64,000 nucleotides of DNA from Neoconidiobolus thromboides FSU 785 (GCA_025603075.1 MU626337.1:27689-91688); one strand, 5' to 3'; shown: positions 1-13,662, numbered from the stretch's first letter. Made by a program: numbers and translations. The notes: generated by a model from the sequence alone, not told the origin.

Positions 1-360
1 TATTGCTATATTGCTATTTTTATTAGATGCTATAGATGGACTATTGCTAAACATAGCGATGACAGCAAATCTCATGAAGAAGCTAGGATGGGCAAATCAG
101 TTGCATTACAAGCATTATTATTTTTGATTGTATACTACTTATGCTTTATTCCAAAGCTTCTAGTATATTTCTTTAAGCTTGCATTGGGTAAAGAGCATCC
201 AGTTGTTTTGGATATTTTAGCACCAGCTGGTATTGCATTTGCTTTTGTTTTAAACCCTGCTATGGTAATATTTTTAAATAGACATTTTAGAAAAGAGATT
301 GGTATCGTTAATAACACCTTGGTTGGACGAAAGAAATTAGAAAACTTTGATCTTCTATAA
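1..360 (+). CDS. 3' part of a rhodopsin-like (class A-type) 7TM receptor: TM5 end, TM6, TM7, helix 8
   Basis: The frame is open from base 1 (YCYIAIFIRCYRW...) to TAA at 358-360. It shows hydrophobic helices with CFIP (CWxP-like), LNPAMV (NPxxY-like) and NRHFRKEI (helix-8-like). The 5' end lies outside the window. Confidence 0.6.
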   Translation, partial: YCYIAIFIRCYRWTIAKHSDDSKSHEEARMGKSVALQALLFLIVYYLCFIPKLLVYFFKLALGKEHPVVLDILAPAGIAFAFVLNPAMVIFLNRHFRKEIGIVNNTLVGRKKLENFDLL

Positions 361-963
361 GGACTCTTTTGCTTTACGGAAAATTAGTAAATTCAAGTTA
401 TTCATAAGTTTAATATATGGTTTATTCTTTATTATTTCAGAAAAATTTATAATTTGTAACCCTTATTAATGAGTATTTCACAAATATTATTAGCTTGGTT
501 ATTTAATTATTTAATCAAATTTTAAAGTTTCTATAAATATATATTAATTATTATTATATAATGCCTCTTACACCATAAAACTTCTAATACATCAAATCCT
601 GTAAACATCAAATGATTCTTTTCTCAACAGCCTACTATAAAAATTATGGTAGTAGAGATTAATCGAATAAAAACAAAGAAATTACTTTAAGTTTCAATAC
701 CGATATCTGAGAACGTTTCAAAAAGATTCAATATAAGAATATACCGTAAACATTGCTCTTGACCATAAAATTCCATATAATTTATTTAGAAAAAATATTT
801 CATACAATACAAGTTATGTAAAGAATTAAAGTCCTGAAGCAAAATAGGCTATTAGGAACATTTGGCCATATTTTTTTGGAATAGGCATAAAAATGCTACC
901 TAAAATAGTAATGTTACATAAAACGATGGATGGTAGATAGTTTTTGCAAAATTATTACAATAT

Positions 964-1060
964 GGGAATGTATTTTTGTGTTTAAGAATTTTACTACAAT
1001 TTTCCCATTCAAATGGTGCTTGAAAGGTAAAAAAAGTGATGAAGCCAAAAGCATCCCCCT
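964..1060 (+). mobile_element. ~97-bp MITE copy 1
   Basis: GGGAATGTATTTTTG...GAAGCCAAAAGCATCCCC; left flank ATAT; matches the family consensus. Confidence 0.85.
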
Positions 1061-1816
1061 ATAATGAACATCAAAACAAACAGACTTATTAAGCCAACAT
1101 GATGTTTTTTTTGATTTGTTTAGAACTCATTGTTAAAATTATTGCTATAGATTATATTTTATTTTCAATTGTAATAATATAATCAATCATGTTTGTTATT
1201 TCCTAATTTTTAAAAGCAAAGTAAAAGAAATTTAAGCATTCATCAAATATCAGTAGATAAAAGTAGATTAAATGATCTGTATGGCAACACATTTAGTTTA
1301 AAAGATCCAAGAAAACCTCAAATGGGATATTTATTTTTGACCTTTTTTGTGGACTTTGATATGGCGGAACTGCAGTAGAGATATTTAAGTGTTTTTGTAA
1401 ACCTGTTTCAACCAGCTATAGATAAAAGTTTTTGAGGAGAAAAAAGCGTGGTAATTATATTAGTAACCAATTTAAATCTTAGAGGCACTGGAGAAAACCG
1501 AGTGTTTATGAGCTATCTTGTGAATCCCCTATAGTATCCTTGTACAGAAAATATCCTATTTCCTGGCAATATAATTGAATAACTTAATAAATGGCTTAAA
1601 TAGCACCCTTGATAGCTATCAACTAAATTGTAATAAAATTACCATTAAAGATAAGTTTATAAACAAGTGGAAGTGAGAATTTGAACAAAAAAGAATAATA
1701 AATAACAATGATATAAAAAATATCTTTTTTTATACTTCCATTCTTTTTCTGTTGATTTTTTATTTTAAAATGCTTATTTCACTTATTTTCTATAGTTTTA
1801 TTGAGGGCCATTGAAT

Positions 1817-1915
1817 GGGGATGTATTTTTGTGTTTAAGGATTTTACTAACAAATTTTCCGCTTAAATAGCGCTTAAAAAATGGAAGAAATAATGAAGTA
1901 AAAAAAAACACACCA
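1817..1915 (+). mobile_element. MITE copy 2
   Basis: GGGGATGTATTTTTG...AAATAGCGCTTAAAAAATGG...AAAACACACC; flanks GAAT/AAAT. Confidence 0.85.
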
Positions 1916-2227
1916 AAATAGTATTGTTTGAACTATTTATTATTTATTCAGTTACATCATTAATAACTGAAATACTTTTTACATAAAAACAAAGCAGTAG
2001 TAAACAAAGTCGAAATTGATATAAGTTTAAAACTATTAAGTAAAGACTTTAAATATCTTTTAAAATATCACTTACCTTACATTATACTAGGCCTTACAAA
2101 ATTATGATATTTTAACATCACTTAATTAAGTTTTTTAAAAATACGGATAATGTCAAACTTTATAAAATATCAATTTTATTTAATAAGAGTTAAGATTGTC
2201 TGATTGTACATATCGCTATTAATATTT

Positions 2228-2800
2228 TTATTGAATAGGAATTTTGGTTTCTTTATCTTCTTCTTTAATATGTTTAGGAATCAATAAGCTTAATATACCA
2301 TCATTTAACTCAGCTTCAATTTCTTCAATAACGATTTGTTGCTTAACTTTAAAGCTTCTTCTAAAATTCTTTTTTGAGTTGCGTTCAGTAATCAACTGTT
2401 TACCATACTCAGCATTACTTGAAGTATTTATTGACTCAGGATTATCATTCTCCTTCTCTGGGTTGTTTTCATTTTCATTTTCATTTTCATTTTCAACTAA
2501 TACAGCAGTTTCATGTTTATTTGGTTTTTCCACATACTCTCCTTTTAGGGTGATTGTATTTTCCACGTTATCAAATGAGATATCTAAATTTTCTTTTTTG
2601 AATCCGGGTACTTCAGCTTCAATGATATAGTAATTAGGGTATTCGACAATATCAACGTTTGGCCATTTATCTTGTTTTAAAGCTGGTTTGCACTCACTAT
2701 TTTGGAAATAATATCTTATATAAGATTGATTATCAAAAGCAGAAGTACAGGCAGGTTTGGTAGTATATACTTTAAACATTTTTATTTTATAAAAAAACAT
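2228..2800 (-). CDS. Small heat-shock protein (Hsp20/alpha-crystallin domain)
   Basis: Intronless ORF with VDIVE...IEAEVPGFKKENLDI and FRRSFK...IEAELNDGILSLLIPK motifs; acidic EN-repeat insert inside the domain. Confidence 0.92.
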   Translation of the reverse strand: MFFYKIKMFKVYTTKPACTSAFDNQSYIRYYFQNSECKPALKQDKWPNVDIVEYPNYYIIEAEVPGFKKENLDISFDNVENTITLKGEYVEKPNKHETAVLVENENENENENNPEKENDNPESINTSSNAEYGKQLITERNSKKNFRRSFKVKQQIVIEEIEAELNDGILSLLIPKHIKEEDKETKIPIQ

Positions 2801-4613
2801 ACTAATCTGTAACTCTTTATATACCTTTTAATTCCATTTTACTTCTTTTATCCTACCTTTTATCGACCTTTTTGAAACTACCTAGAAGCTTCTCTTTTTT
2901 AGTTTACGTTTGCTTGGTGCTTGTATTATTAATATAACTTTTAAGTTATTCTCAGTTATTGTATTTTATTAGTAAACGCAATCGCCCTTGCAAAATAACA
3001 ATAAAATTTAAGCTAATTTAATTGGTTAAAAGTCAAAAAAATTAAATACATGGAATTTAATAAAGTATAGAAGCGTTTAACTAGTTAACTGATTGAAACG
3101 TATATATACACCCTGGAAGAAAACCAGCTATAATTGCTGGATACTAAATGCTTAGTCATTTTTGTTTAGGGTATTTATTACAAAGCATAAAATAAAATAT
3201 TCTATTATTGATATACAATATTCTAATATGTCAATATATTTAATAAAATAGAATATTGATCTATATTTAGTTGTAGTTAAGGTGATAATTTTTATATTTA
3301 TTTGACTTTTCTAAAAGTAAGTTTTTGCAAATTTTTACCAATATTTCTTATATACTATTCATGGCATATAAAACTTCCCAAGTTACTGCTCAAAGCGTAT
3401 ATAGATGTTTCAAAAAAACGACAATTTGAAGTACATTTTTGGATTGAGGTTGATGGTTAACGAGTTAAAGATAGAAGCAAACAGACATATAAAAATAGTC
3501 AAAAAAATAGAAAATGAGATAGAGCATGAAAGCTAAAAAAATCTTACTTCTATAGCTTATATTTTATTGCACACTATATTAATTTAAAGCTGTGAATCAT
3601 ATACCTAGTTTCATTTATGGGCTATTTCCAACATTAGATATTATCTCAATTATTCAGTTTTAAAGTTAGCGCAAAAAAACTATATCTTAGATAAAAAATA
3701 AAAGTAAAATGATATTAAAGATAATAAGAATGTATCAAACAGAACATCTACTAATAAAATACGTCTTTAAATTTCAATGTAGCATTTTCATAGGGATTTA
3801 AGAAGTGGATTGTATTTTTAAAAATAATGATTATTTTTGAAATGATTGTAGAATCTTTATGAAAATAAAACTGTTCAACTTTTATTCGATCAAATTAATT
3901 TTATATTTGAGAAAAACAATTATGGTATAGTAGTATAAAATACAAAGGTTACACGTTAAAAAAAATTGTTATACAAAATAAAATCATAAAAACTACCCCT
4001 AAAAAAGTTGCAAAGCTACAACAGTTGTGCTATGAATCTTATCAGTAGCATTTTATAGTATTACTAATATGAAAAATTAAGTGTAAATTCTAACAAATAG
4101 TAAAAATAGATGAATTTTAACATATCCCAAAACAAAAAGTTTATAATCAGAATCAATATTATTAATTAATCTTAAACTAATGAAAGCATTATTAATAATT
4201 TACAATGGTTATATAGTTTTTATTGACAAATGAGCATTGAGTTTGTTTGTTTGTTTAATTTTGGCACATAGCTTAAATTGTATCTTGATTTAAGTATCAT
4301 CAACATTCATCAATATTTCATTATTTACTAAATGAATTATTATTGCCTCAGATTCACTTGACTAAATGTAAAGTACCATACTTATCCTGATCATCTAATA
4401 ATTCAATATGATGTAAAAGTTTTAAAGCTATTAAATTACAAAAGGTTTAAATTGAGCTAAATATAGAAAATAGTGTATTTAAAACCAGTTATCATTAGCG
4501 GAGCAATCAACTAAAAATAATAATTTTTAAGTATATATATTTCTAATATTTAAATAGATAATTATAAAGCTTTAATTAAAAGACTAAACAAACGGGGTAC
4601 TTTGAAAGCAGAT

Positions 4614-4710
4614 GGAGATGTGTTTTTTTGTTTAAGAATTTTGCTATAATCTTTCCACTCAAATAGCGCTTAAAAAATGGAAAAATAATGAAACTAAAAA
4701 AAACAGTCCC
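4614..4710 (+). mobile_element. MITE copy 3
   Basis: Full-length; perfect 4-bp target duplication AGAT (4610-4613 and 4711-4714). Confidence 0.9.
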
Positions 4711-6563
4711 AGATGCTTTAATAAAGATTTCAATGCTTTCCTTTTACAGTTTTTGCGGCTCTATTGCAATCTCATAAACTATTGACTTAAGAATAAAATT
4801 TATCTAAAATCACTGAAGTCTAAGTAGATTAAAAAAACCAACCAAGCAAACAGCTGCCTCCAAAGGTTACTGTAAATAAACTTAAGAAACTACAGATGAA
4901 CTCCTTTTTAAATTTTATCTAATTTTAAAATTATATTATATTATCAAATCATTATTAAAAGCAGAAATTGATGATACTGATATTATATCTATTTTCTTGT
5001 AGTGATTTAAATAAAACTAATAGTTTAAGACTTTTTAAAGTAGAAACCACCGCACAATAAACATTATTATTACAAAAAAATACACCTCCATATCCTTTAC
5101 TATAAATTAAATCATAAAAACTTTATAAAGAGAAAAGATAAACCATGTACTTAGAGCCCCTATACCTTGTTCATGGGTATTCTAGCTGGTGTCTATATAA
5201 ATTTATTTTCCCAAGCTATTCTCGATTCTATGAAGACATATTTACCACTTCAGAACATTTCTAAAGCATAGATTGAAAACATTACTTTTTATTTAATATA
5301 TATAATAAATACATAGTTTTTTATTTTAAAAATGTATTAATAAATGAGTATTATCAGAATTTTTGCTATAGTATATAAATTTATTTGTAATAATGTTGGA
5401 TATTAGATTTCAGTAACTTTTTAAACAATCCTCTTATTTTTCTAAAACTTTAAACAAGTTCAAAGTTTTTTTATTAGAATTAAACTATTGACAAACGTTT
5501 ATTTTGTAATATGCAATAATCTATTTATGCAATAAAAAATATTTTTGAATAGAATTTGTAAACTATAAATGTCACTAAAAAGATGCTTCATTGTAGTAGC
5601 GAATAGTTTTATTTTTTTAATTAGTAATGTTAAAAATAAATTTTTAAATTGATCAAACCCTTTCATTCTTAATTTTAAATGTTTTTGAAAGAATAACAAT
5701 TTTAAACTGGATATATTAATTTGAAACAGTTAGAATATTATTTATTTTTAAAAAGAACCTAATAAAATATGAACAAACAGCATGTAAATAATCCCAATAA
5801 TCTATAAGCTTATAAAAAAATTATGTATAATTTATGATATCAATAAAATTTACTTGAACATAAAGCAGGAAAATTAAATAGTAATAAAATATTGTTTATG
5901 AAAAAGATTATTATAGACAAAACAGAAAGCAATGTACAAAAAAAGAAAGTGATATACAAAAAAATCATAATAAAAAAATAAAAGCTTGAATCAATTCTGA
6001 AATAGAAATTAGGTCATTAAAACTATGATATTATCAGTTGTATCTTTAAATCACATTACTTTTAAATCTATACAATTTAACCAAATAAATGGGTGTATAT
6101 ATTTATTAGATAACAGTAGGTTGATTTGACAATTACATGAAACGTTATACAAAACGGAATATCAAATATAAAGAGAGAGAAAGAGGGGGTTTATTTAATA
6201 AATCTATTAGTTTTAGGAGAATAAAAAATAGACCAACTGAGATTAAATGTCTAGAGAAAAAAAATCAAAAAAATATGGTGAAATAGCAATCAAAATCTAA
6301 TTTTTAATAAAATTGCCATAATACTTGGCCTTAACATGAAATAAGAAACTATGCAAAACTTGAAATTTGGATTGCATAATAGTAAATTTAAGCGGATTGA
6401 AATCAAAATATTTAAGAAATAAAAAAAGAGGTAAAGCACCAAATCATGCCCCGCTTAAACGGTCTTTAAGTAGAAATTCTATTTATAGTAATCGTACTTG
6501 AGCATTATATAAACAATTTGATGTGAAATTTCAAATCCATTTTTTTTAAACAATTTGATCATA

Positions 6564-7124
6564 ATGAACAAAAGCCAACATCGCTACGTTAGTATATTAA
6601 ATGGTACAGGATTGAATAGGCCCTATTCTTTATCCATTATAAGCGAAGAATCTTCAGATTCATCCAGCCCTTCTTCCCCAGAGTTTGATTTAGAGTTCTT
6701 AGAGCCAATAACTCCACATCTAGATCTAGATGATGCTCCAATACGTAAAAACAGACATTGTATAAGGTTCGATAGGCCGCCCTCAATGCCAATTATTTTG
6801 GATCATGTCGATGCCCCAACCAAAAATAGTTTGAAAAAGGGAATTAAAGCTAATTTGATCAAAAACATTAAAAATAAATCGAATACAATAACAACACCAA
6901 TAGTTGAGGATGAGAATAAAACTAAAAAAGTAGATATGGGTCAATTGAATGTTATAAGGCCGCACACAGTAGATGAAACGACCAAAAGAAATATCTTTGG
7001 ATTTCATATAAGGAAATCAAGCTCTGCTTTAAACTCAAATGCTTTTGATTCCATGCTATTTGATAATGAAGATAGCACACTACATCTATCACTTACCCCC
7101 AATTGGCTTCATTCCAGATCTTGA
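6564..7124 (+). CDS. Hypothetical Ser/Pro-rich protein, 186 aa
   Basis: Intronless ORF from ATG 6564; higher GC than its flanks; no recognisable domain. Confidence 0.75.
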   Translation: MNKSQHRYVSILNGTGLNRPYSLSIISEESSDSSSPSSPEFDLEFLEPITPHLDLDDAPIRKNRHCIRFDRPPSMPIILDHVDAPTKNSLKKGIKANLIKNIKNKSNTITTPIVEDENKTKKVDMGQLNVIRPHTVDETTKRNIFGFHIRKSSSALNSNAFDSMLFDNEDSTLHLSLTPNWLHSRS

Positions 7125-9317
7125 GTTGACCTTAGTCTGGCTTTCATCATTTTTTAAAAAGTATTTAATTATTTACATACCCTAATTTCTGCTCCCTCTC
7201 TAAGTCCTATTTGAATTTTGTAAAAATTGAAAAATAAATTCATTCCTTGATTATATTAAATATTCGATATTCTTTATTTTGTGTAATATGCGAATACTCT
7301 TCATTTTTATTGTTTTATTACGTTAAGTATTAATCTGTTTTATCTTTAGTATTTCCGATATATGAACATTAACATTATTTACTTCATTTATTTACTTCAT
7401 TATTTCATTTCAAACATCGGCTTCAAAAAATTAAAACTATAAGTGCATATTACAACTATTCATTCTCTAAAAATGAAATAGTTTCATCCCTTATTTATTT
7501 TTAGAAAATAATAAGGATCTACAACTATTAATAATAATTCATAAATTTGATAATAACAACGATCAAAGTAATGGTTAATTATTTAATGTTATGTTAGGCT
7601 AACCCACTAATATGATATCTTTAGAATTGTCTTAACCTAAACCTCTCCTTTTTGTCTTCCTTTTTTCGATTTTGCTCTTACTATAAATTTATTAATTTTA
7701 GCCAAAACTATTTTTAAATTCAAATATTCGTTAGAATTTTTGAAAAACAGAATTCAAGCTTTTATTAAAACTAAAAACTGTGAAATAATTGGTTTAACCA
7801 AAATAGTGATTAATACGACATAATAAATTCAATTTCCCACTACTTGTCTTTCGCTATAGTGATCTTGGAGTGTATACTAACTATATTTATAACTAATAAT
7901 AAGCATATACCTGTTATTAAATTAACAGGTTTTATTCTTTCTGAATAAATGGTTAATTTAAGCAATCTCATTTCGCTGAAACCACAGTTATAATAACTGT
8001 TTTTTTCAAAGTTATAGTGATGATACTTGTTAGAAGATAAAAGTAGTATCTAAGCAGCGTAGTTAAGTTGAAGTATCCGAATTGAAACATACAATATACT
8101 ATTAATTTCGGTAGATTTTAAAATGAGAATAAAAAATCCACAGTTTATAAAAATCTAATTTGCAATATCATAAATGATTGGTGACAGCTTCCATATTAAA
8201 TAAATGTGGATATTAAATTTTCTAATTTAATTTTGGGAACAATCGCATTGATTCGAATTTTCAATGGGTTTTGCAATCTATTGTGTTATTTATAAATAAT
8301 ACATTAAGTTATTAATTAGTTGAAATTGAATTTTCAAAAAGTTATATTAGCTTTTAACTATAGTTTTTAAATTAGCAACAGATATAAAAACATAATTAGT
8401 AGTTACTATACTTTGTCAAATAAGCCACTTTTACTTATTTTGAATGCTAATAATATATTGAAATGTATTAACAAAGACTGACTATTGCTGCTATTAATTT
8501 AACCTTTTACAATAAAAATTAATTGACTAGTTTCAGTTATTATTAAAAATTAATAGAACACTGAAATGTTAATATACTATTTAATCTATATTACGTTACT
8601 TTAACTATAAATTAATTTCTATTAGATTAATTATAATACTAAAAAGATTGAATAAATTTGTAAATTAAATAATACAACATTCTTAGTCCTCAGATTAACC
8701 CTTACGTACAGATGCGTTTTCTATACTATAAATCTAACAACTAAAGTAAAGTGCTAGTAATATTGTCGTTTTACAATTTTTAATTTAAAAAATTGTTTTA
8801 TTTAACATTTTAGTTTAGCAGAAACCTACTTAAATACAATTAATAGAAAATTGCTCAATAAAACATTTGTCTTTTTTATAACATTTTTATCAAAGTAATA
8901 ATTTTATCTGAAGAACTCCCACTTGTTAAAAATAAATGTATAATCATAGACTTTTATAACTAAATTGCACAAATATTAATACGCCTCTTTATGTTAAAAT
9001 AGTATAAAATTTACTGGGCTTTTAATAGATTGCATTACCTTAATCAATTTAATCAGTTAACTATAAAATACATACTATTTTAAATAGTGATTAATTCACT
9101 ATTTACTATTCTTCTAAATAAATATAAGATAGAGTAAGTTTTTTTATTAAAATAATAACATTTTAAAATAGCTCAAACTAAAAAATTAGAACAATTGATT
9201 TATTTGTTGGATACATAAAGGTTAAATTTCGGGTATATAGGCAAACTCGTATATTAAAATGTGGTAGACCATAATCAACAATGAGTGGGCTTTAAAAAAA
9301 CAACTATTAAAAACAAT

Positions 9318-9509
9318 GAGGGCGTTTTTTTGGTTTCTTCGCTTTTTCTATTCGGGGATGTATTTTTGTTTAATAATTTTGCTGATAATTTTTTCACTCA
9401 AATAGCGCTTAAAAGATGGAAAAAGTAATGAAGCCAAAAAAACACCCCCATTTTCTAATTGCTATTTGAACAAAAAATTAGTAAAATTCTTAAACAGGAA
9501 TACATTCAC
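9318..9509 (-). mobile_element. MITE copy 4a (host, minus orientation) split by nested copy 4b
   Basis: 9318-9353 is the right end and 9450-9509 the remainder (GCTATTTGAA...AGTAAAATTCTTAAAC...ATACATTCAC), followed by ATAT. Confidence 0.8.
9354..9449 (+). mobile_element. MITE copy 4b, nested in copy 4a
   Basis: Full-length GGGGATG...AACACCCCC with flanks ATTC/ATTT. Confidence 0.88.
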
Positions 9510-9780
9510 ATATTACATTTGGGTTAAATTAAATCCATAATTTATCTATTTTTTAATTTTGTTATATTGTAAAAAAGGAATAAATTAACCATAAATACTA
9601 GGAAAATAGTAATAATAAGAAAACAAAAAGTACATCTAACAATAGCATTTATTTGTTAATATTTCACAGCTTTATAAAATTTGATGTAAATAGATTAAAC
9701 GCTGAAAATTTATTGAGATTTGTCGATTTTTTAGAAGTTTGGGTTTAAATTTATAATAAAGATTTAAAATGTGTAAAACT

Positions 9781-9851
9781 GCGTACATAGTATAGAGGTA
9801 GAATACTTCTCTTCCAAAGAAGTGGCCTGGGTTCGATTCCCAGTGTACGCA
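9781..9851 (+). tRNA. tRNA-Gly (anticodon TCC), intronless
   Basis: Acceptor stem GCGTACA/TGTACGC; anticodon stem CTTCT/AGAAG with loop CTTCCAA; T-arm CTGGG-TTCGATT-CCCAG; downstream T-run as Pol III terminator. Confidence 0.96.
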
Positions 9852-11036
9852 AGTACATTTTGTTTTTTACAAAAGCCACATAGTTATATATTGCCTTAAA
9901 CTCAAAGCCAGATAAATAAAAACCAAGTTTTCAATTCAACTGAATGCATTTAATAACTCTCTATTATTCTATACCCTACTCTCCTTCTTATCGAAAGCCT
10001 GTATATTAATGTTTGACTATTTTGTGAATATGAAAGCTTTAAATAAAATCCTGTATAACGTTAACTTCTCTTTAAAGTGTTTGAAGTATTTATATTAATA
10101 TTCATGAAAGTAGATTTTTTCATTACAGTAATTAATTTTTTGAAATAGCATAAATTTTAAAGCTTATCCTCTAAAAACTATAATTTTAATAAGTTACAAG
10201 GTAGAGCCTACTTTTTAGATCGACTTAAAAATAAAAATATTTAGATTTTAAATAAATAAATATAAATAAAAACAATATGTAGACAGAAGATCTACAACAA
10301 GAATTATTAGCATTCAAATAAAGTTATTCTTAAAGTATTGCCCTTTAATTTTAGTTCCAATTTCATATTTTAGCAAAATCATATATGGTTCTAAAAAAGC
10401 AAGTTATCATCATTTATTGTCAGTTTTAATAAAATCCGAAATATAGGATAAGCTATATAAAGAAAATACGAAAATATTTTATAAAGTGATAATTACATAT
10501 GGTATATTAATGTTGAAACTTACCAGTAACATTTTAAATGATCTTATGTCATATGCTCAATTAAAACATCATTTGAATATTGAATAATGAAAATGTCCTT
10601 AATCAAATACTGTAAAATTTGGCTAACTTTTAAAGATTGAAGAAATAGGCAAGCAAATTAGAAACATATAGTGTTTAAAATGATCATGTATACAAAATAA
10701 TAATAACTAGTATAATATATTTATTATAATTTTTTCATGATTGTCTTTACATTTATTACTTTTCAAAGTTTATAAAATATTTACTCAATCTTTATTATTT
10801 GCTAAATTTTATTCAATTCTAGGGAGGTCATATAGTTAAGATCACAATTTTTCCTAACACCAATCAAAATATATTGATACTTGTGACCTAGATTCTAATT
10901 GATCGTAAAATTTACGAATAAGACTTAGAGCAAAATATAACTGACTTGAATGAACCAAAACGTAACAAATTTTCTTCAAAAACTTAATTCAAACTAGTAA
11001 TTATATTAGCATCAAAAGTTATCAGTAGTAGTGACT

Positions 11037-13120
11037 ATGAGTGAAAAGAAAACAAGTAAACTGAAGACTTGGTTTGGAGGTGGGAAAGACAGTTCAAAAA
11101 AGAAAGAAGTAAGCTCTCTTCCGGTTAGAGCTAGTATCGATATGAGTAGAGAAAACTCTAGCAATAGCTCTGTTTCTTCGCCAAAATCAGGTCCCCACTC
11201 AGTTAAAAGCCCAGCATTATCGATAAGATCTACTGGAAGCTTCACTCAAGAGCCTAAGGCAGTTGAAGTTCAAAAATTAAAAAAAGGTACATAAATAAAT
11301 AAATTGATTTTAATTTTTGGAGTTAAGAAAATAATTTTCTAGATACACCAAGATCTCCCTTATCTAGCTCTTTCTCTGGAAATACCAATGGTTTTAAAAG
11401 TATATCTACAAAAACTAGTAGTAGTATAAAAAGCCCAGGACTAGCTAAAGTTTCTTCAATGGTAAATGATTTAAGCTAAGTGGGTCAATTAATTTATTCA
11501 AATTTAGGAAAAATTAAAAGGGTTGATGAATATTGGAGTAGGAAATAAGGAGGCGGCCAGGGAAAGAAGAGGAAGTTTAAGGAGTTTGAATGAATCCACA
11601 CCTTTGCAAAAATCGGTCACCCAACCATATATAAGTAAATCAGAGCAGGATTCTGGATTCCCAAAAAGTCCAAGTGTGGCTTCTTACAGGTCTAGTGTAC
11701 TAGTCGGAGACAACCAGGAGGTTAAAATGAAAGTCAATGAGCTTGAAAAAGGATATCAACAACTTAAAATGCATGTGAGTGCGATGGTATCTTTTGAAAA
11801 AGAGAATCTAGATGAGGCAGCCAAAATCCTTCAAAATGCTTTCAAAGCTTACAGAGTAATTAATTTAATGTCATATAATAGTCATTTATTTAGACCTTAT
11901 AAAACAGATTCGAAAATATTATTTATTAAGAAAAAATCACTTGCTCTATAATACTACTTTAGATCCACCTAACTTCTCTCATTTTGAAGAATATGCAAAT
12001 TCCGTACAGTTGTATAAGGGTAATTTACATTATAATTATACAATAGTGTTAAAGATGATTTATATATTTCAAATTACTAGGTGATAAAGATAGTGATCAA
12101 TATGAAGACAAAATAAAATTAATTCAACATACTGTTAGAGGATTTCTAATACGTAAACGCTTCAAACTGGTAATGACTTTTGACTTTTATGCCACAAAGA
12201 TTCAAGCCGCTTGGAGAGGATATCAAGTTCGAAATGTGAAGGCTGGGATTAGAATACCATTTTCAAAAATAATTAAAAGTATGGGGGCACAATCCTTGGC
12301 TACTAGAAAGCTTCAAGATGAAGTTACAGAGTTAAGAGAAGCAGTGAAAATATTAATAAACTCTGTTAATAGACAAAACGACTTGGCCAGTACTAATACT
12401 TTAAAATCCCCTTTAAAATCTAAAACTCTGTCTGTACCTCGTAAATCTTCCTTTTCCAATGAAAATAGCGTAAATTTACCAACTAAATCACCTTTATCAA
12501 CAAAACTTGTGGTTAAAGCTGGCGCTACTAATAAACCTCTTCGTAAGCCATCACTTCCATCCATTAATAATAATAATAGCAATGCCTCCAAACCTCCATC
12601 AACAACTAACAATGCATCCAAAAAAGAAAGTGGGAATATAAGTAAAGCTAAAGCTCCGCGTAAAGCCTCGATGTCATCTAACGATAGTTCAGGTAATAAG
12701 TTAGCTAATTCAGTTTTATCAAAGCCAAAAACAAAAACGCCTGACGAGCTTCCTAACATTGTAGAAAATAACAGGAAAGGAAGCGGGTTAGGTAATGAAA
12801 TCAAACCTGCTAAAACACTAGAAGGTATTCCTAAAGTAACAACACCAATTCCATTAGAAGATGAAGAAGGAGAAAGCACAGGTACTGTAGGTAAAAAAGA
12901 AGCAAGATCCTTTAAAAGAGGACATCAACCGCGTAGCTATAGTATGTCAAATAGTGAATTTAGATCTAGGTTGCCCCAGCCTGGTACTTTCGGAGCCAGA
13001 TTAGCAGAAAAGCTTGGAACTACTGTTGCTCCGGCATCCGAGAAGGAATATACTAGCTTGCTAGCAGAAGTAGATGCAGTGCGTTTAATGGTACAGGACC
13101 AATTGAAACTTAAACCATAA
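11037..13120 (+). CDS. IQ calmodulin-binding motif protein, about 5 exons, with long disordered Ser/Lys-rich regions
   Basis: GT-AG introns at 11287-11342 and 11462-11507 plus two more before about 12081 join the ORF fragments. Three IQ-like motifs: ILQNAFKAYR, LIQHTVRGFLIRK, KIQAAWRGYQVR. Confidence 0.75.
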
Positions 13121-13662
13121 CTGAGATTATTGATATCAAGTTAGCTGAAGTTTTAAAATTTTAAATGTTACCGTTACTTTAGCTACCATAGCTTATGCTT
13201 TATATAGTTTACATTTTGCTTATCTGTCTATAATTTAACTTTGACTATTTTTTACCTCGCATTCTTTGATTAAACTGCTATTCATGAGTTTATAATTAAA
13301 TTGTTTTTTACATAGTTTCTTGAGTTCTGCTATGTATAGTAGCTAAATTGAAGCTTCTGACATGATGTACTTGTAAGCAACAATCTATTTGCTTAATATA
13401 GACTAAATAAAAATCACTTTTAAATTAATAAACATATTAAATTCATTTTAATCTATTTGAATTAATTGGAATAGTTTGTGACAATAAAGTTTTAATCATT
13501 TTTAAAAATTTAGATGTTCAAAAAATCGAACAAGTCATTACTCGTTTTAGTGTAAGTACGTTTTTTTAAAACTGAGCCATTTGATTGGTTGTCATCTAAT
13601 TTACAATTTTTAAACAAGTATTGCTAGAAGTTAAATTTCTTTTTGATTAGTTTTAAAATAGA

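Noticed and set aside
135-317. Antisense ORFs overlapping real genes (also 2244-2630, 6783-7007, 11012-11245, 12313-12879, 14944-15930, 15010-15729, 22318-22527, 50663-50970, 51984-52273, 61907-62198, 63451-63687)
   Set aside because: They are shadow frames of recognisable genes or repeat arrays, with no independent motifs.
1533-1540. GTATCCTT, a U12-type 5' splice-site consensus
   Set aside because: It is intergenic, with no flanking exon or branch-point context; expected by chance.
1440-1600. Slightly GC-richer patches (also about 5130-5260, 30130-30600, 31650-31900, 61120-61280) with fragments vaguely like LINE reverse transcriptase
   Set aside because: All frames are broken by stops and I could not find a convincing YADD or other catalytic motif; needs a tBLASTn/HMM search.
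3850-4450. Intergenic tracts with coding-like residue that might be decayed F-box/LRR genes (also about 17150-18050, 25330-25860, 28500-29300, 52700-53600, 59450-60540)
   Set aside because: Hand translation gave only short hydrophobic/Lys-rich pieces between many stops, indistinguishable from AT-rich noise without a profile search.
5072-5089. Solo MITE terminus-like fragments (also about 47626 and 50238)
   Set aside because: Too short (under 20 bp) to call as elements.
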